Shown in pieces: positions 9,078 through 17,344 of a stretch of 64,000 nt of DNA. The notes below the pieces were generated by a model. The model made no database searches. It was not told where the DNA came from and saw only the letters and a program-made list of their open reading frames with translations. How positions within the stretch are numbered: position 1 is the stretch's first letter; the number at the start of each line of letters is the position of its first letter. The position numbers were made by a program, and so were the translations under genes. Origin of the DNA: Spirochaetia bacterium (GTDB taxonomy: Bacteria > Spirochaetota > Spirochaetia > WTKD01); the NCBI GenBank assembly GCA_965243525.1, contig OZ251568.1, positions 466,119-530,118 of the forward strand, read 5' to 3'.

Positions 9078-9701
9078 CTATACAGGGATCCTGTCAAGAA
9101 TAAAGATCAGTCCAAACACGAGCACCCAGACAATACAAAATAGCGATGAGAATGGATGCACCGTGAATGTGTTCTGGTCTGTGTGTTCAGCATGCAATAT
9201 GTCATAGGCATCTGTACTGAGTTTTTTGCCAATGTTTTTTATCGTAGTTATGCGGATTGCTTTATGTTTTTTTATGAGCATCTCAAAATAAACAAAGACC
9301 TGAAGTAGTGTTGTTCCAAATGTTCCCGGAAGCCTGAGCGATGGATGGATGCTTGATAGGGAAAAAAAGACCATTGCAACAAAGGTTTGTCCACGAAGCA
9401 GCCCTTGGGTGATGGCGCCGAGGGTAACTGGAAAGGAAAAAATATAGAACAGAACCGTTCCGTTGGGAATAAACACATGACTGATCAAGACTGCAATGAG
9501 CAGCATCACGAAATACCAAATGCGGATGCGTTTTTTTTGCATAGTCGCACAGAGCAAGAATACACCGATGCATACAAACCTATAGACAATTGATTCTATT
9601 GATACAAATGCAATGAATGTGATGATGCCAGCACAGAGTTGTATGAAGGCTTGACGAGCAAGAACATGCTGATTCTTCTGATATATCCATGCAATCATCA
9701 A
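9078..9701 (-). CDS. Polytopic membrane protein of unknown function. It overlaps the upstream gene by 4 nt.
   Basis: 207 aa with 5-6 hydrophobic helices. It is translationally coupled (ATGA overlap) with 9698-10243. Confidence 0.4.
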   Translation of the reverse strand: MMIAWIYQKNQHVLARQAFIQLCAGIITFIAFVSIESIVYRFVCIGVFLLCATMQKKRIRIWYFVMLLIAVLISHVFIPNGTVLFYIFSFPVTLGAITQGLLRGQTFVAMVFFSLSSIHPSLRLPGTFGTTLLQVFVYFEMLIKKHKAIRITTIKNIGKKLSTDAYDILHAEHTDQNTFTVHPFSSLFCIVWVLVFGLIFILDRIPV

Positions 9702-10243
9702 TGAGCCATTTGTGCCGCAAAATAATATTCACGAATCCACGAAAAATTCTGATGCTGGCGTGCAACAAGATATCCTACTCCCAATCCTCCTATTGTTCCG
9801 GTGACAACAAAAGGAAATAGTAAAAATCGCCCTCCCTCACCGTAAATCAACAGAATTGCCAGCAACATTTGAGTGATATTGCTTGCCAGACTTCCAAGAA
9901 GGCTCATTCCGATATACGAAATTTTGTCACGTACAACTGCCTTCCGCACCGAGATCATAATCAACAGGCTTGCAATATTTCCGCCAACAGAAAACAAAAA
10001 CACATAGGATAGCAAGGTTCCATGTATAATTGCTTGTCCAAAAACTTTCAGGAACAGAAGCATAAAGAGATCTCGTTTTTTCATGAATGTGATGACCAAG
10101 AGAATTGGGATGTTGGCGATGCCGAGTCGAAAAAATGGATAGGGCTTTGGGATGAGGTATTCTATACCAGCAAGAAAGAGCGCTGCCGCCCCGAGTATTG
10201 CCAAGAGTTTTTGTTCATTGCTCAGAACACTAGCTGTTTGCAT
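9698..10243 (-). CDS. Gx-transporter / heptaprenyl-diphosphate-synthase-component-I-like membrane protein (pfam07456-like).
   Basis: 181 aa, about 5 TM helices, with the pattern LAILGAAALFLAGIEYLIP...GIANIPILLV...SLLGSLASNITQMLLAILLIYGEG, reminiscent of the Hpre_diP_synt_I / Gx transporter family. Confidence 0.4.
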   Translation of the reverse strand: MQTASVLSNEQKLLAILGAAALFLAGIEYLIPKPYPFFRLGIANIPILLVITFMKKRDLFMLLFLKVFGQAIIHGTLLSYVFLFSVGGNIASLLIMISVRKAVVRDKISYIGMSLLGSLASNITQMLLAILLIYGEGGRFLLFPFVVTGTIGGLGVGYLVARQHQNFSWIREYYFAAQMAH

Positions 10244-11414
10244 ATGCTAGCGGTATCGTGATGGTAATGGTTGTTCCTTTGTCGACTTCACTTGAAATAG
10301 CAATCTTTCCCCTATGTGCGATGATCACCTTCTGCACGCTAACCATCCCCAACCCATGGCCTCCATGGAACTTTGTAAAAAACGGATCGAAAACCTTCTT
10401 TATGTCTTCTTCTTCCATACCTACCCCAAAATCCTCAACCACGATATTCCAGACATTGTCGTCAATAGTGCTAGATACGTGGATTTCCTTCCCCTCTGCT
10501 GATGCCTTTATTGCATTATCGATGACATTGAAGAGCATTCGTTCAACACGCATAAGATCAATAAAGGCAACTGCCTCGCCATCCGTTTTGTAGCGCAAGG
10601 TGATTTTCTGTTCATCGCATTGCATGCGCCATCGCTCAACAAGATTCATGAACAAGGAATTGATTGATACTGAAGAAACTTCCAATGTTTCATTTCCAGA
10701 AACAAGATCAAGAAGATCTTCAATAAATGACTCCAGGCGCCTGCATTGTTCTTTCAACCGATCTGAAATAGTCAGCACAAATCGCTCATCACCAGCGCGA
10801 TTCCGGAGCAAATGCTCAAGCAACTGCAGGCTTGACACCGAACTACGGAGATCATGCACGACCAAAGAAGACAGTTTTCCCAATTGAGTAAAACACTCTG
10901 TTCGCAGCATTGTCTCTTGTTGTTCTTTGAGCTTGTTGTGCGCATTCTTCAACGCGGTGTTTTGAAGCTGCAAATTTTGGGTGAGCTCGCTGGTATTTCG
11001 TACGACGATCTTTGTAAGTGAACGCAGAAAAACGCCTGCAACTTGGCTATTTTCGTTGAGAATTTTTCGGATGTTCAAGCCGTCAATAACAAAAACATCA
11101 ATTTCCATAGTGGAAACAATCGTAGCACTTCGCGGAATTTGTTCAATAACACCTATTTCACCGAGAATGGAACCAGCTTCATAGGATCCCAGATAGATCG
11201 CATCAGGTGTTTCATAACTTTTCCAGATCGATACTTTTCCACTAAAAATAACATAGAGCTCATTTTCAATTGATCCTTCCTTACAAACAATATCATTTTT
11301 TTGATATGTCCTAAGAGAACCAATAGCTGCAATGCGCTCTATGTCTTCGGCAGGAAGGCTTTTAAATAAATCAGTTTCCTGAAGTTTTGTAACAATTGAC
11401 GCGTGATCATCCAT
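10230..11414 (-). CDS. Cytoplasmic sensor histidine kinase with an N-terminal cyclic-nucleotide-binding (CAP-family) domain.
   Basis: cNMP-binding beta-barrel pattern (LFKSLPAEDIERIAAIG...GSILGEIGVIEQIPRSATIVS), H-box VVHDLRSSV, N-box/G1 VEDFGVGM, G2 GGHGLGM. No transmembrane segments and no adjacent response regulator. Confidence 0.75.
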   Translation of the reverse strand: MDDHASIVTKLQETDLFKSLPAEDIERIAAIGSLRTYQKNDIVCKEGSIENELYVIFSGKVSIWKSYETPDAIYLGSYEAGSILGEIGVIEQIPRSATIVSTMEIDVFVIDGLNIRKILNENSQVAGVFLRSLTKIVVRNTSELTQNLQLQNTALKNAHNKLKEQQETMLRTECFTQLGKLSSLVVHDLRSSVSSLQLLEHLLRNRAGDERFVLTISDRLKEQCRRLESFIEDLLDLVSGNETLEVSSVSINSLFMNLVERWRMQCDEQKITLRYKTDGEAVAFIDLMRVERMLFNVIDNAIKASAEGKEIHVSSTIDDNVWNIVVEDFGVGMEEEDIKKVFDPFFTKFHGGHGLGMVSVQKVIIAHRGKIAISSEVDKGTTITITIPLAYANS

Positions 11415-11445
11415 AGTGACTACGTATCATATATAGTACTGATTT

Positions 11446-12150
11446 CTACCAATTGTCAATCATGTCATCAGGATCACGCTGCAACACATCTACATTGGTC
11501 ACGACCCGCAAATCATCAAAATAGATGTAGTAACGCCCATAGGTTTCGAGCAATGAAGATTCGATTTGTAACCCTATGATCTCAAGGCCAGCATTAAAAT
11601 CATCGCCGACTCCTAGCGTAGTGTATCCTTGAATATTTGGAGGAACCGCTGCGGTGAGCTGTTTCCATCCAAGAAATTGCAGTTTTCCAAAACTCAGTAT
11701 ACTGATCTCTCCGAATTGATTTCGTACGAACAGTTTTAACTCATACGGTGTGTTTCTTCCTGCAACCCAGATTGAAAAGGAATGTGCAATTCCTGGCACA
11801 GGAATCGGTCGTGCAGGTAGTATCGCTAATGTTGAATAGGTGCGTCGAAAAAAGTCAGTTCGAACACCCAAGACAAAATCGTCCACCGCCCCCTGTGGGG
11901 CAAGAGCAGTCTCAAGAACCTGAGCATCCTTTGCATCTGGAGAGCCACGTAGTGATCGGTGCTGGATAACGCCATCGTCGATGGAAACCTCAGTTGTCCA
12001 AAATCCAGCATCTTCAAACTTATCAAGTGAAATTTCTTGAAGATTGGGATCAAATGTACCCTGGTCTATTAAAGCAGGATCGATGTCAAGCTGTCCAAAT
12101 GCAGCCAATGCACCAAAAAGTATCAATATAGTTGTCGTTATTACTCTCAT
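11446..12150 (-). CDS. Secreted protein, paralogue of 12160-12903. Candidate FlaA-family (flagellar filament outer-layer/sheath) protein.
   Basis: Signal peptide MRVITTTILILFGALAAFGQ. Shared paralogue motifs are FSIWVAGRNTPYELKLFV...LGWKQLTAAVPPNIQ...YYIYFDDLRVV. The pattern ([IV]S.WV.G.N...L..V ... GW[RK]QL ... Y[FI]YFDDL) matches my recollection of FlaA (pfam04620), not verified. Confidence 0.45.
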   Translation of the reverse strand: MRVITTTILILFGALAAFGQLDIDPALIDQGTFDPNLQEISLDKFEDAGFWTTEVSIDDGVIQHRSLRGSPDAKDAQVLETALAPQGAVDDFVLGVRTDFFRRTYSTLAILPARPIPVPGIAHSFSIWVAGRNTPYELKLFVRNQFGEISILSFGKLQFLGWKQLTAAVPPNIQGYTTLGVGDDFNAGLEIIGLQIESSLLETYGRYYIYFDDLRVVTNVDVLQRDPDDMIDNW

Positions 12151-12159
12151 AAATGCTCC

Positions 12160-12903
12160 CTAATTTGTGTCCTCTGCACCAGTGGATTGATCACTTGCCT
12201 CTTCCCATCGATTCTGTCGAATTTCCGGAACAGTGAGTTCTCCACCATCAACAACGCGTGTATTTGTTCGCGAAAGTGCTTGCAAATCATCAAAATACAC
12301 AAAAAATCCATTCACTGGTTCTCGTGGTTCGGTCCACAACACAATTTTGTCTAAGTAAAGCCGAGCAAAATTAAACTCATATGGATCAACCCGCGGAATG
12401 CTCGTTGGAATCGTTGCAGTTAACTGTCTCCATCCATGATAATTCATTCGGCCCATGGGTACTTGATGAACCATTCCACGATAATCACGTACATGGATCT
12501 CCAATGTAAAATCATAATTTGATCCCCATACCCACATAGAAACACCAATTGTATCTCCAGGCAGGTCAATTGGGCGCTTTTCATAACTACCATCAGAAAG
12601 TCTTTCTATAGGAAGAATTTCTAGATAGTTATATCCTCTCTGTTCAAAAGCAGCTTCTACACCAAGTACACGAAGATCTGCATTTTCAGTATTGTACCCA
12701 TATAATGCGGTTGGCCATGCATTGATGTATGAAACGCGGGGATACTCATCGGCAATCCGCCTGCTCCCGGTGACAACCCATTCGGTTGCAGGGTCAAAAT
12801 TATCAAATGTATCGAGTAACTTCGATGTATAACGTAATACATCTTCAGCCCCTAGGCTTCCCAATGAAAGTATGAGTATGAATGCTATAATAAAACGGCT
12901 CAT
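12160..12903 (-). CDS. Secreted protein, paralogue of 11446-12150. Candidate FlaA-family sheath protein.
   Basis: Signal peptide MSRFIIAFILILSLGSLGA. Motifs VSMWVWGSNYDFTLEIHV...HGWRQLTATIPTSIP...FFVYFDDLQAL align with the neighbouring paralogue. Confidence 0.45.
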   Translation of the reverse strand: MSRFIIAFILILSLGSLGAEDVLRYTSKLLDTFDNFDPATEWVVTGSRRIADEYPRVSYINAWPTALYGYNTENADLRVLGVEAAFEQRGYNYLEILPIERLSDGSYEKRPIDLPGDTIGVSMWVWGSNYDFTLEIHVRDYRGMVHQVPMGRMNYHGWRQLTATIPTSIPRVDPYEFNFARLYLDKIVLWTEPREPVNGFFVYFDDLQALSRTNTRVVDGGELTVPEIRQNRWEEASDQSTGAEDTN

Positions 12904-12948
12904 ATTTGCTCCTCTGTCGCGAGTAAACTTTGACTACAAAGTCTCACC

Positions 12949-13914
12949 CTAGTATCGGTGAAATACTGCAGGAACATAAACCCTGTCTTTTGTTTTATCA
13001 CGAGTTACGCTATAAGAAATAATATCTTCTAATCGAAATCCAATACTCATAGTCGCTCCCAAATACTCCGCACCGTCTACAAAGAAACTCTCAATGCAAA
13101 TTTCTCCATTGAGTCCAGAAATACTTTCATACACAGTGCCTATATGCGAACCAAGGAAAAAAAGAAAATAGTCCGCATCTCTGTGTTTCCCTATATCTTC
13201 GACAACTCGTGTGATGATCGTCTCCTCATCAAAATAGACAAGTTCTCGTACAGCAACAGCAGCATCGTTGAGCAATCCGTCTGACAGAACTGCATATTCC
13301 TCTGTGGTGAGTGTCCCCCTTGCGTGGAATATCACAACCTCTTTTTCTTCAGAAGAATCTGTTTGTTCGTCTTCGCGAAGAATGTAATCCACCATTTCTT
13401 GAAGCGCATTGCGCCTGTCCAGGATGAGTGTTTGTCGTAGCAATTTGTTTTCTTGATCCACGGGCTCAGATGACAAGGTTGCAGACTCATCGGGCATCGT
13501 TGCATCAGAATCATCTTGTGGAAATGCTCCCAATGGACTATCTGATTCACGAGCAAGACGAATGTGCACGTATTGCGCTTGATTGCGCGGTTGGAATCGT
13601 TTTAATTCGGCGTCAATCTGCAATTGATATGAAGGAAAAAACAATACTTCTTTGCTATGATGGAGGGCCATTTTTTGGAAAGGATGGAGCAGATTGGATG
13701 CGGAGCGCAGCAACAACCCGCGGAGGGCGAACTGGGGAGCATCTGGATCATCACCTTGCAGATCAGCGAGAATTCTTTTTGTCTCTTGTTTGATATTTCC
13801 TGGATAACTAGCCGCGAGATAAGTATCATAAACGATAATCGTGTTTCCACAAGCGGTAATTCCAAGAAGGATGATACCGAGCAATAATAACTGGTTTTTC
13901 ATTCTAAACATCAC
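12949..13914 (-). CDS. Lipoprotein of unknown function.
   Basis: Lipobox LLGITAC-G after an N-terminal hydrophobic segment. 321 aa, no recognisable catalytic motif. Confidence 0.45.
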   Translation of the reverse strand: MMFRMKNQLLLLGIILLGITACGNTIIVYDTYLAASYPGNIKQETKRILADLQGDDPDAPQFALRGLLLRSASNLLHPFQKMALHHSKEVLFFPSYQLQIDAELKRFQPRNQAQYVHIRLARESDSPLGAFPQDDSDATMPDESATLSSEPVDQENKLLRQTLILDRRNALQEMVDYILREDEQTDSSEEKEVVIFHARGTLTTEEYAVLSDGLLNDAAVAVRELVYFDEETIITRVVEDIGKHRDADYFLFFLGSHIGTVYESISGLNGEICIESFFVDGAEYLGATMSIGFRLEDIISYSVTRDKTKDRVYVPAVFHRY

Positions 13915-13921
13915 TCAACAG

Positions 13922-14728
13922 TCATGAAAATAGGGTGGTGATCGTAGTAAACGTCCCCAATTTGTGAAATCCATAGATACATCCAACAAACACAACCGTA
14001 AAAAGTCCAAACAATATATATTGATATTGATAAAACAGCATGGTAATAAACACCACAAATACCCCATAGGTAATAAGAAGCAGGACTTGATGTATGAATT
14101 TCTTATATCTAAACATCTGAAGGGTTGTGCGGATCGTTTGTATCACCGGTGACTCAGATCTAGCAGCTGTTGATTCCCGAAAAAAACTCCAGCGACTTGG
14201 CACGCCACTAGATAAAGATCGGTTATTTTTTGATTTAATTGCAATGCATTCGAGGATAATTATAGTAATGAACGGTATTGCGATCGAAAAAAACGGTGCT
14301 ATCGCACCAACATACACAGCTCGCTCAAGGTTTTGCATGAATAACAATCGCCCAATATTGTATATGACTAAAAACAAAAACTGCAAATAGAGAAATTGTT
14401 TTATTTTTGCAGGATCTGTTTGAGAACGAAAAGGCGTCAAAACTCGCATGACCCAAGCAGTTGCAAGATAGGTGGTGAGCAGCGGTGCGGCTATTTCACG
14501 TACGAACACCACTATAACGTGAGTTATTCCCATGGTGTTCAGGGGAAGGTAGAGCGCAATAAAAAAAGGAACAAGAAGAGTCAGCGGCAGAACATGACAG
14601 ATATAACATAACGTGCGAATCGAAAACGTCTTCCATGTTTTTTCTTGATCAATTACCACGAGATAACTCAGCACAAATGGGCCAACTGTTAACAAAAGCA
14701 CATGCATAAAACTATCCTGCAGTATCAT
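13922..14728 (-). CDS. Polytopic integral membrane protein of unknown function.
   Basis: 268 aa with 7 or more hydrophobic helices. It is the first gene of the co-directional minus-strand array 14728->7898. Confidence 0.45.
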   Translation of the reverse strand: MILQDSFMHVLLLTVGPFVLSYLVVIDQEKTWKTFSIRTLCYICHVLPLTLLVPFFIALYLPLNTMGITHVIVVFVREIAAPLLTTYLATAWVMRVLTPFRSQTDPAKIKQFLYLQFLFLVIYNIGRLLFMQNLERAVYVGAIAPFFSIAIPFITIIILECIAIKSKNNRSLSSGVPSRWSFFRESTAARSESPVIQTIRTTLQMFRYKKFIHQVLLLITYGVFVVFITMLFYQYQYILFGLFTVVFVGCIYGFHKLGTFTTITTLFS

Positions 14729-14753
14729 AGCAAGTTGTGATAGTTATTCCTAG

Positions 14754-14782
14754 TTGCATGTTAGCTTGTTTCACCATATACT
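14754..14782 (+). promoter_or_regulatory. Sigma-70-type promoter for infC-rpmI-rplT: TTGCAT, 17-nt spacer, TATACT.
   Basis: -35 TTGCAT at 14754-14759 and -10 TATACT at 14777-14782, spacer exactly 17 nt, about 30 nt upstream of the infC start. Confidence 0.4.
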
Positions 14783-14812
14783 TCATATGTATGAAATATA
14801 CGGGAACAATTT

Positions 14813-15367
14813 GTGGCAGATACAAAATTACGTATTAACAATCGTATCCGCGTAGCGGAAGTTCGTCTCATTGATGAAAACGGAAATCAGATGGGAATAG
14901 TAAGTACTGCAGCTGCCTTGAAACGGGCTGAAGAAAGCTCTTTGGATCTGGTGGAAGTCGCCCCTCGGGCTAAACCTCCTGTTTGCAAGATCCTTGATTA
15001 TGGGAAGTATCAATTCGATACGAACAAGCGACTGCGTGGGATGAAAAAAAGCACGAAGACTTCAAAGCTCAAAGAAGTGCGTATGCAGCCTAAAATCAGC
15101 ATCCATGATTTGACGTTTAAGACAAAGGCAGTGCAGACATTTTTATCTGAAGGAAGTAAGGTAAAGGTCAGTATTCGCTTTCGTGGTAGAGAATTTGCCC
15201 ATACTGAATTAGGAAAGGAAGTATTGGAAAGAACACTTGAAATTCTTACAATTCCTGTTAAAATTGAGAAAGCACCGGCGATGGAAGGACGTATGATGAC
15301 CATGCTTCTTGCTCCTGGGGTTAAGAAAGTGAAAAGAGAACAAGAAGATGCCAAAGATAAAGACTAG
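14813..15367 (+). CDS. infC: Translation initiation factor IF-3. The apparent start is GTG.
   Basis: [29 protein letters not shown]...[23 protein letters not shown]...[14 protein letters not shown] has strong IF-3 identity. A non-AUG start is typical for infC autoregulation. Confidence 0.9.
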   Translation: MADTKLRINNRIRVAEVRLIDENGNQMGIVSTAAALKRAEESSLDLVEVAPRAKPPVCKILDYGKYQFDTNKRLRGMKKSTKTSKLKEVRMQPKISIHDLTFKTKAVQTFLSEGSKVKVSIRFRGREFAHTELGKEVLERTLEILTIPVKIEKAPAMEGRMMTMLLAPGVKKVKREQEDAKDKD

Positions 15368-15545
15368 ACGAAGTGCTGCAAAGCGATTTTCATTTACAGC
15401 AAATAAAAAAGTTAAATACAAAAAGCAAGGACTCAGGCATATTCTTACAAAGAAAAGTACAAAGCGAAAGCGATCTCTGCGACATAGCGGTATTTTGAGT
15501 CCTGCTGAATCACAACGAATGCAAAGGATGCTTCCAAACGGATAG
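15348..15545 (+). CDS. rpmI: 50S ribosomal protein L35.
   Basis: [39 protein letters not shown]. Confidence 0.9.
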   Translation: MPKIKTRRSAAKRFSFTANKKVKYKKQGLRHILTKKSTKRKRSLRHSGILSPAESQRMQRMLPNG

Positions 15546-15549
15546 AATT

Positions 15550-15897
15550 ATGGCACGATCAGTTAACGGACCAAGTAGAAAAAATAAAAGAAAAAAAATA
15601 CATAAAATTACAAAGGGATTTCGCGGACGTCCTGGAAATCTATATCGAGCAGCGAAAGACGCGGCTCGTCGTTCATTGGTGTATGCATACCGTGATCGAC
15701 GACAAAGAAAGCGCTTTTTTCGCCGTATTTGGATTCAACGTATCTCGGCAGCTTGCCGTGAAAACGGACTTCGATACTCTGAGTTCATTGCCTTACTCAC
15801 ACAAAAGGAAATTCACCTAAACAGAAAGACACTTGCGCATATTGCAGCAACGGATCCTTCATTGTTTGGTGAACTCGTAAAAAAAGTACAAGAATAA
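15550..15897 (+). CDS. rplT: 50S ribosomal protein L20.
   Basis: MARSVNGPSRKNKRKKIHKITKGFRGRPGNLYRAAKDAARRSLVYAYRDRRQRKR.FRRIWI.RI.AA.R.NGL.YS.FI..L. Confidence 0.9.
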   Translation: MARSVNGPSRKNKRKKIHKITKGFRGRPGNLYRAAKDAARRSLVYAYRDRRQRKRFFRRIWIQRISAACRENGLRYSEFIALLTQKEIHLNRKTLAHIAATDPSLFGELVKKVQE

Positions 15898-15928
15898 CAT
15901 TCTTGCTGCATCATTAAAGGGGAGATTA

Positions 15929-16834
15929 ATGGATGTACAAAAACTAACTATATTAAATAAAAAAATTATTGAGGCGATTGATTGTATTTCTCGACTACGA
16001 AGAGAAAATGATCAATTGCACAAGGAAAATCGACAGCTCACCGAACAGAACGATCTAAAAAGTGCAACGATTGAAGAATTACACGGGGAACTCGATTCAT
16101 ATGGCGAAAACTTCGGTGAGATTGAGCAGACGCTCAATCAATCACTTGAGGCTCTTGTCAAATTGGAAAATGCATTGGAACCAACTAATTCTGAAAATGC
16201 TAACTCTGATGTGGAACCAGAACTTGAAAATTCAGCTAGCGAAGCTTTGGAGAGTACAGAATTCTCCACCGAAAACGAAGATTCTGCTCAAAGCGACCAC
16301 ACACAGAAAACAGATCAAGAAAATTCCGATGTGAAAGACAATGACCTGGCAGCAGCTGTCATCGATGCTGCACCAGCGCATGATGAACCAAATACGATTG
16401 TTAATGGTTCGTTTCATACTGAAACTGAAGAGGCTCCGAAGCAGGTGGATACATCAACCGATGATTTTCTTGATGCGTATACTCCTTCGTCCAATGCAGC
16501 AAACAGCTCTGATCAAACTGATGTTGCTACTCCTGTTGCAATGGCAGCACCTAGCGGTGTGCAGAACAACAACGAATTCATCGATATGATTAATAACAAA
16601 TCAAACGCTACGAAAGAGGAATCACTTTCTCCTGAAAAAATCGCACAAGCAAAAGAATTCCCTTCTGAATCCCACCTTCCACTTCAAGAACAAGAGATAA
16701 AGCCACAAACGACTTCATTGTGGGATGTCACATTTAACAATGCTGCCCCTGTGAACAGTGAGTCTAGTGCAAAAAGAGAAACAGATAGACAGGATTCTTT
16801 TTCACTGTTTGATTTTCCGAGTTCGTCTCAGTAA
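15929..16834 (+). CDS. ZapB-like coiled-coil cell-division protein with a long acidic low-complexity C-terminal extension.
   Basis: N-terminal MDVQKLTILNKKIIEAIDCISRLRRENDQLHKENRQLTEQ resembles the ZapB coiled coil. About 230 aa of D/E/S/N-rich disordered tail follow. The gene sits directly upstream of zapA. Confidence 0.45.
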   Translation: MDVQKLTILNKKIIEAIDCISRLRRENDQLHKENRQLTEQNDLKSATIEELHGELDSYGENFGEIEQTLNQSLEALVKLENALEPTNSENANSDVEPELENSASEALESTEFSTENEDSAQSDHTQKTDQENSDVKDNDLAAAVIDAAPAHDEPNTIVNGSFHTETEEAPKQVDTSTDDFLDAYTPSSNAANSSDQTDVATPVAMAAPSGVQNNNEFIDMINNKSNATKEESLSPEKIAQAKEFPSESHLPLQEQEIKPQTTSLWDVTFNNAAPVNSESSAKRETDRQDSFSLFDFPSSSQ

Positions 16835-16839
16835 AAAAT

Positions 16840-17118
16840 ATGCGCATTGAACACCTAGGCCTATCCTTTGAAATCAATGCCGATATATCTGCTGAACAAC
16901 TTGAGGTTCTCCAAGAGCGGGTAACGCGTGTTCTTGCCAGTGTTCAGAAAGAGAATACTGGTGCGAGCACCGCGTTGCAGCAGGCGATTTTGGGACTCTA
17001 TCACCTGGCAAATGCCTGTGTTGAGTTAGAAGAACAGCACACAACGACTGTTTCACAGCTTACACAAGCTGCAAAAATCACCGACGCAATGCTGCTAAAA
17101 ATTTCTGATATTGTCTAA
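16840..17118 (+). CDS. zapA: Cell division protein ZapA.
   Basis: 92 aa: I..LGLSFEINADISAEQLEVLQERVTRVLASVQKE...LQQAILGLYHLANACVELEEQ, the ZapA fold pattern, in the conserved position after the infC-rplT cluster. Confidence 0.55.
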   Translation: MRIEHLGLSFEINADISAEQLEVLQERVTRVLASVQKENTGASTALQQAILGLYHLANACVELEEQHTTTVSQLTQAAKITDAMLLKISDIV

Positions 17119-17193
17119 TTAGGATTACAATAACAAGCCACACCTAAACCATAGAAACAACTGTTCTTCTATGGTCTATACCTCCTCCAATAG

Positions 17194-17222
17194 ATAAAGT
17201 TTAGCTACCTGGAAACCGAATA
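17194..17222 (+). promoter_or_regulatory. Sigma-28 (FliA)-type promoter upstream of flaB1.
   Basis: TAAAg-N15/16-aCCGAaTAT at 17194-17222, versus consensus TAAA-N15-GCCGATAA, about 120 nt upstream of the flaB1 ATG. Confidence 0.4.
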
Positions 17223-17344
17223 TGAGAGCAGGGAGAAGTATTATTGTCTACTTCCTCTAATCAAAGCTTCGGTGTTTGAAGAAATGACATTAGTGTTTTT
17301 TAGCATGGATGCTAATTTTTTGAAAAAATATTCAAGGAGGATGT

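Noticed and set aside
14813-14815. GTG start for infC appears non-canonical.
   Set aside because: Not rejected as an error. Non-AUG starts (AUU/GUG) are the norm for infC autoregulation. Noted only.
17148-17173. 8-bp stem hairpin (ccatagaa...ttctatgg) right after zapA.
   Set aside because: It has a long 10-nt loop and is not followed by a T-tract. It may still be a weak terminator but is not convincing.
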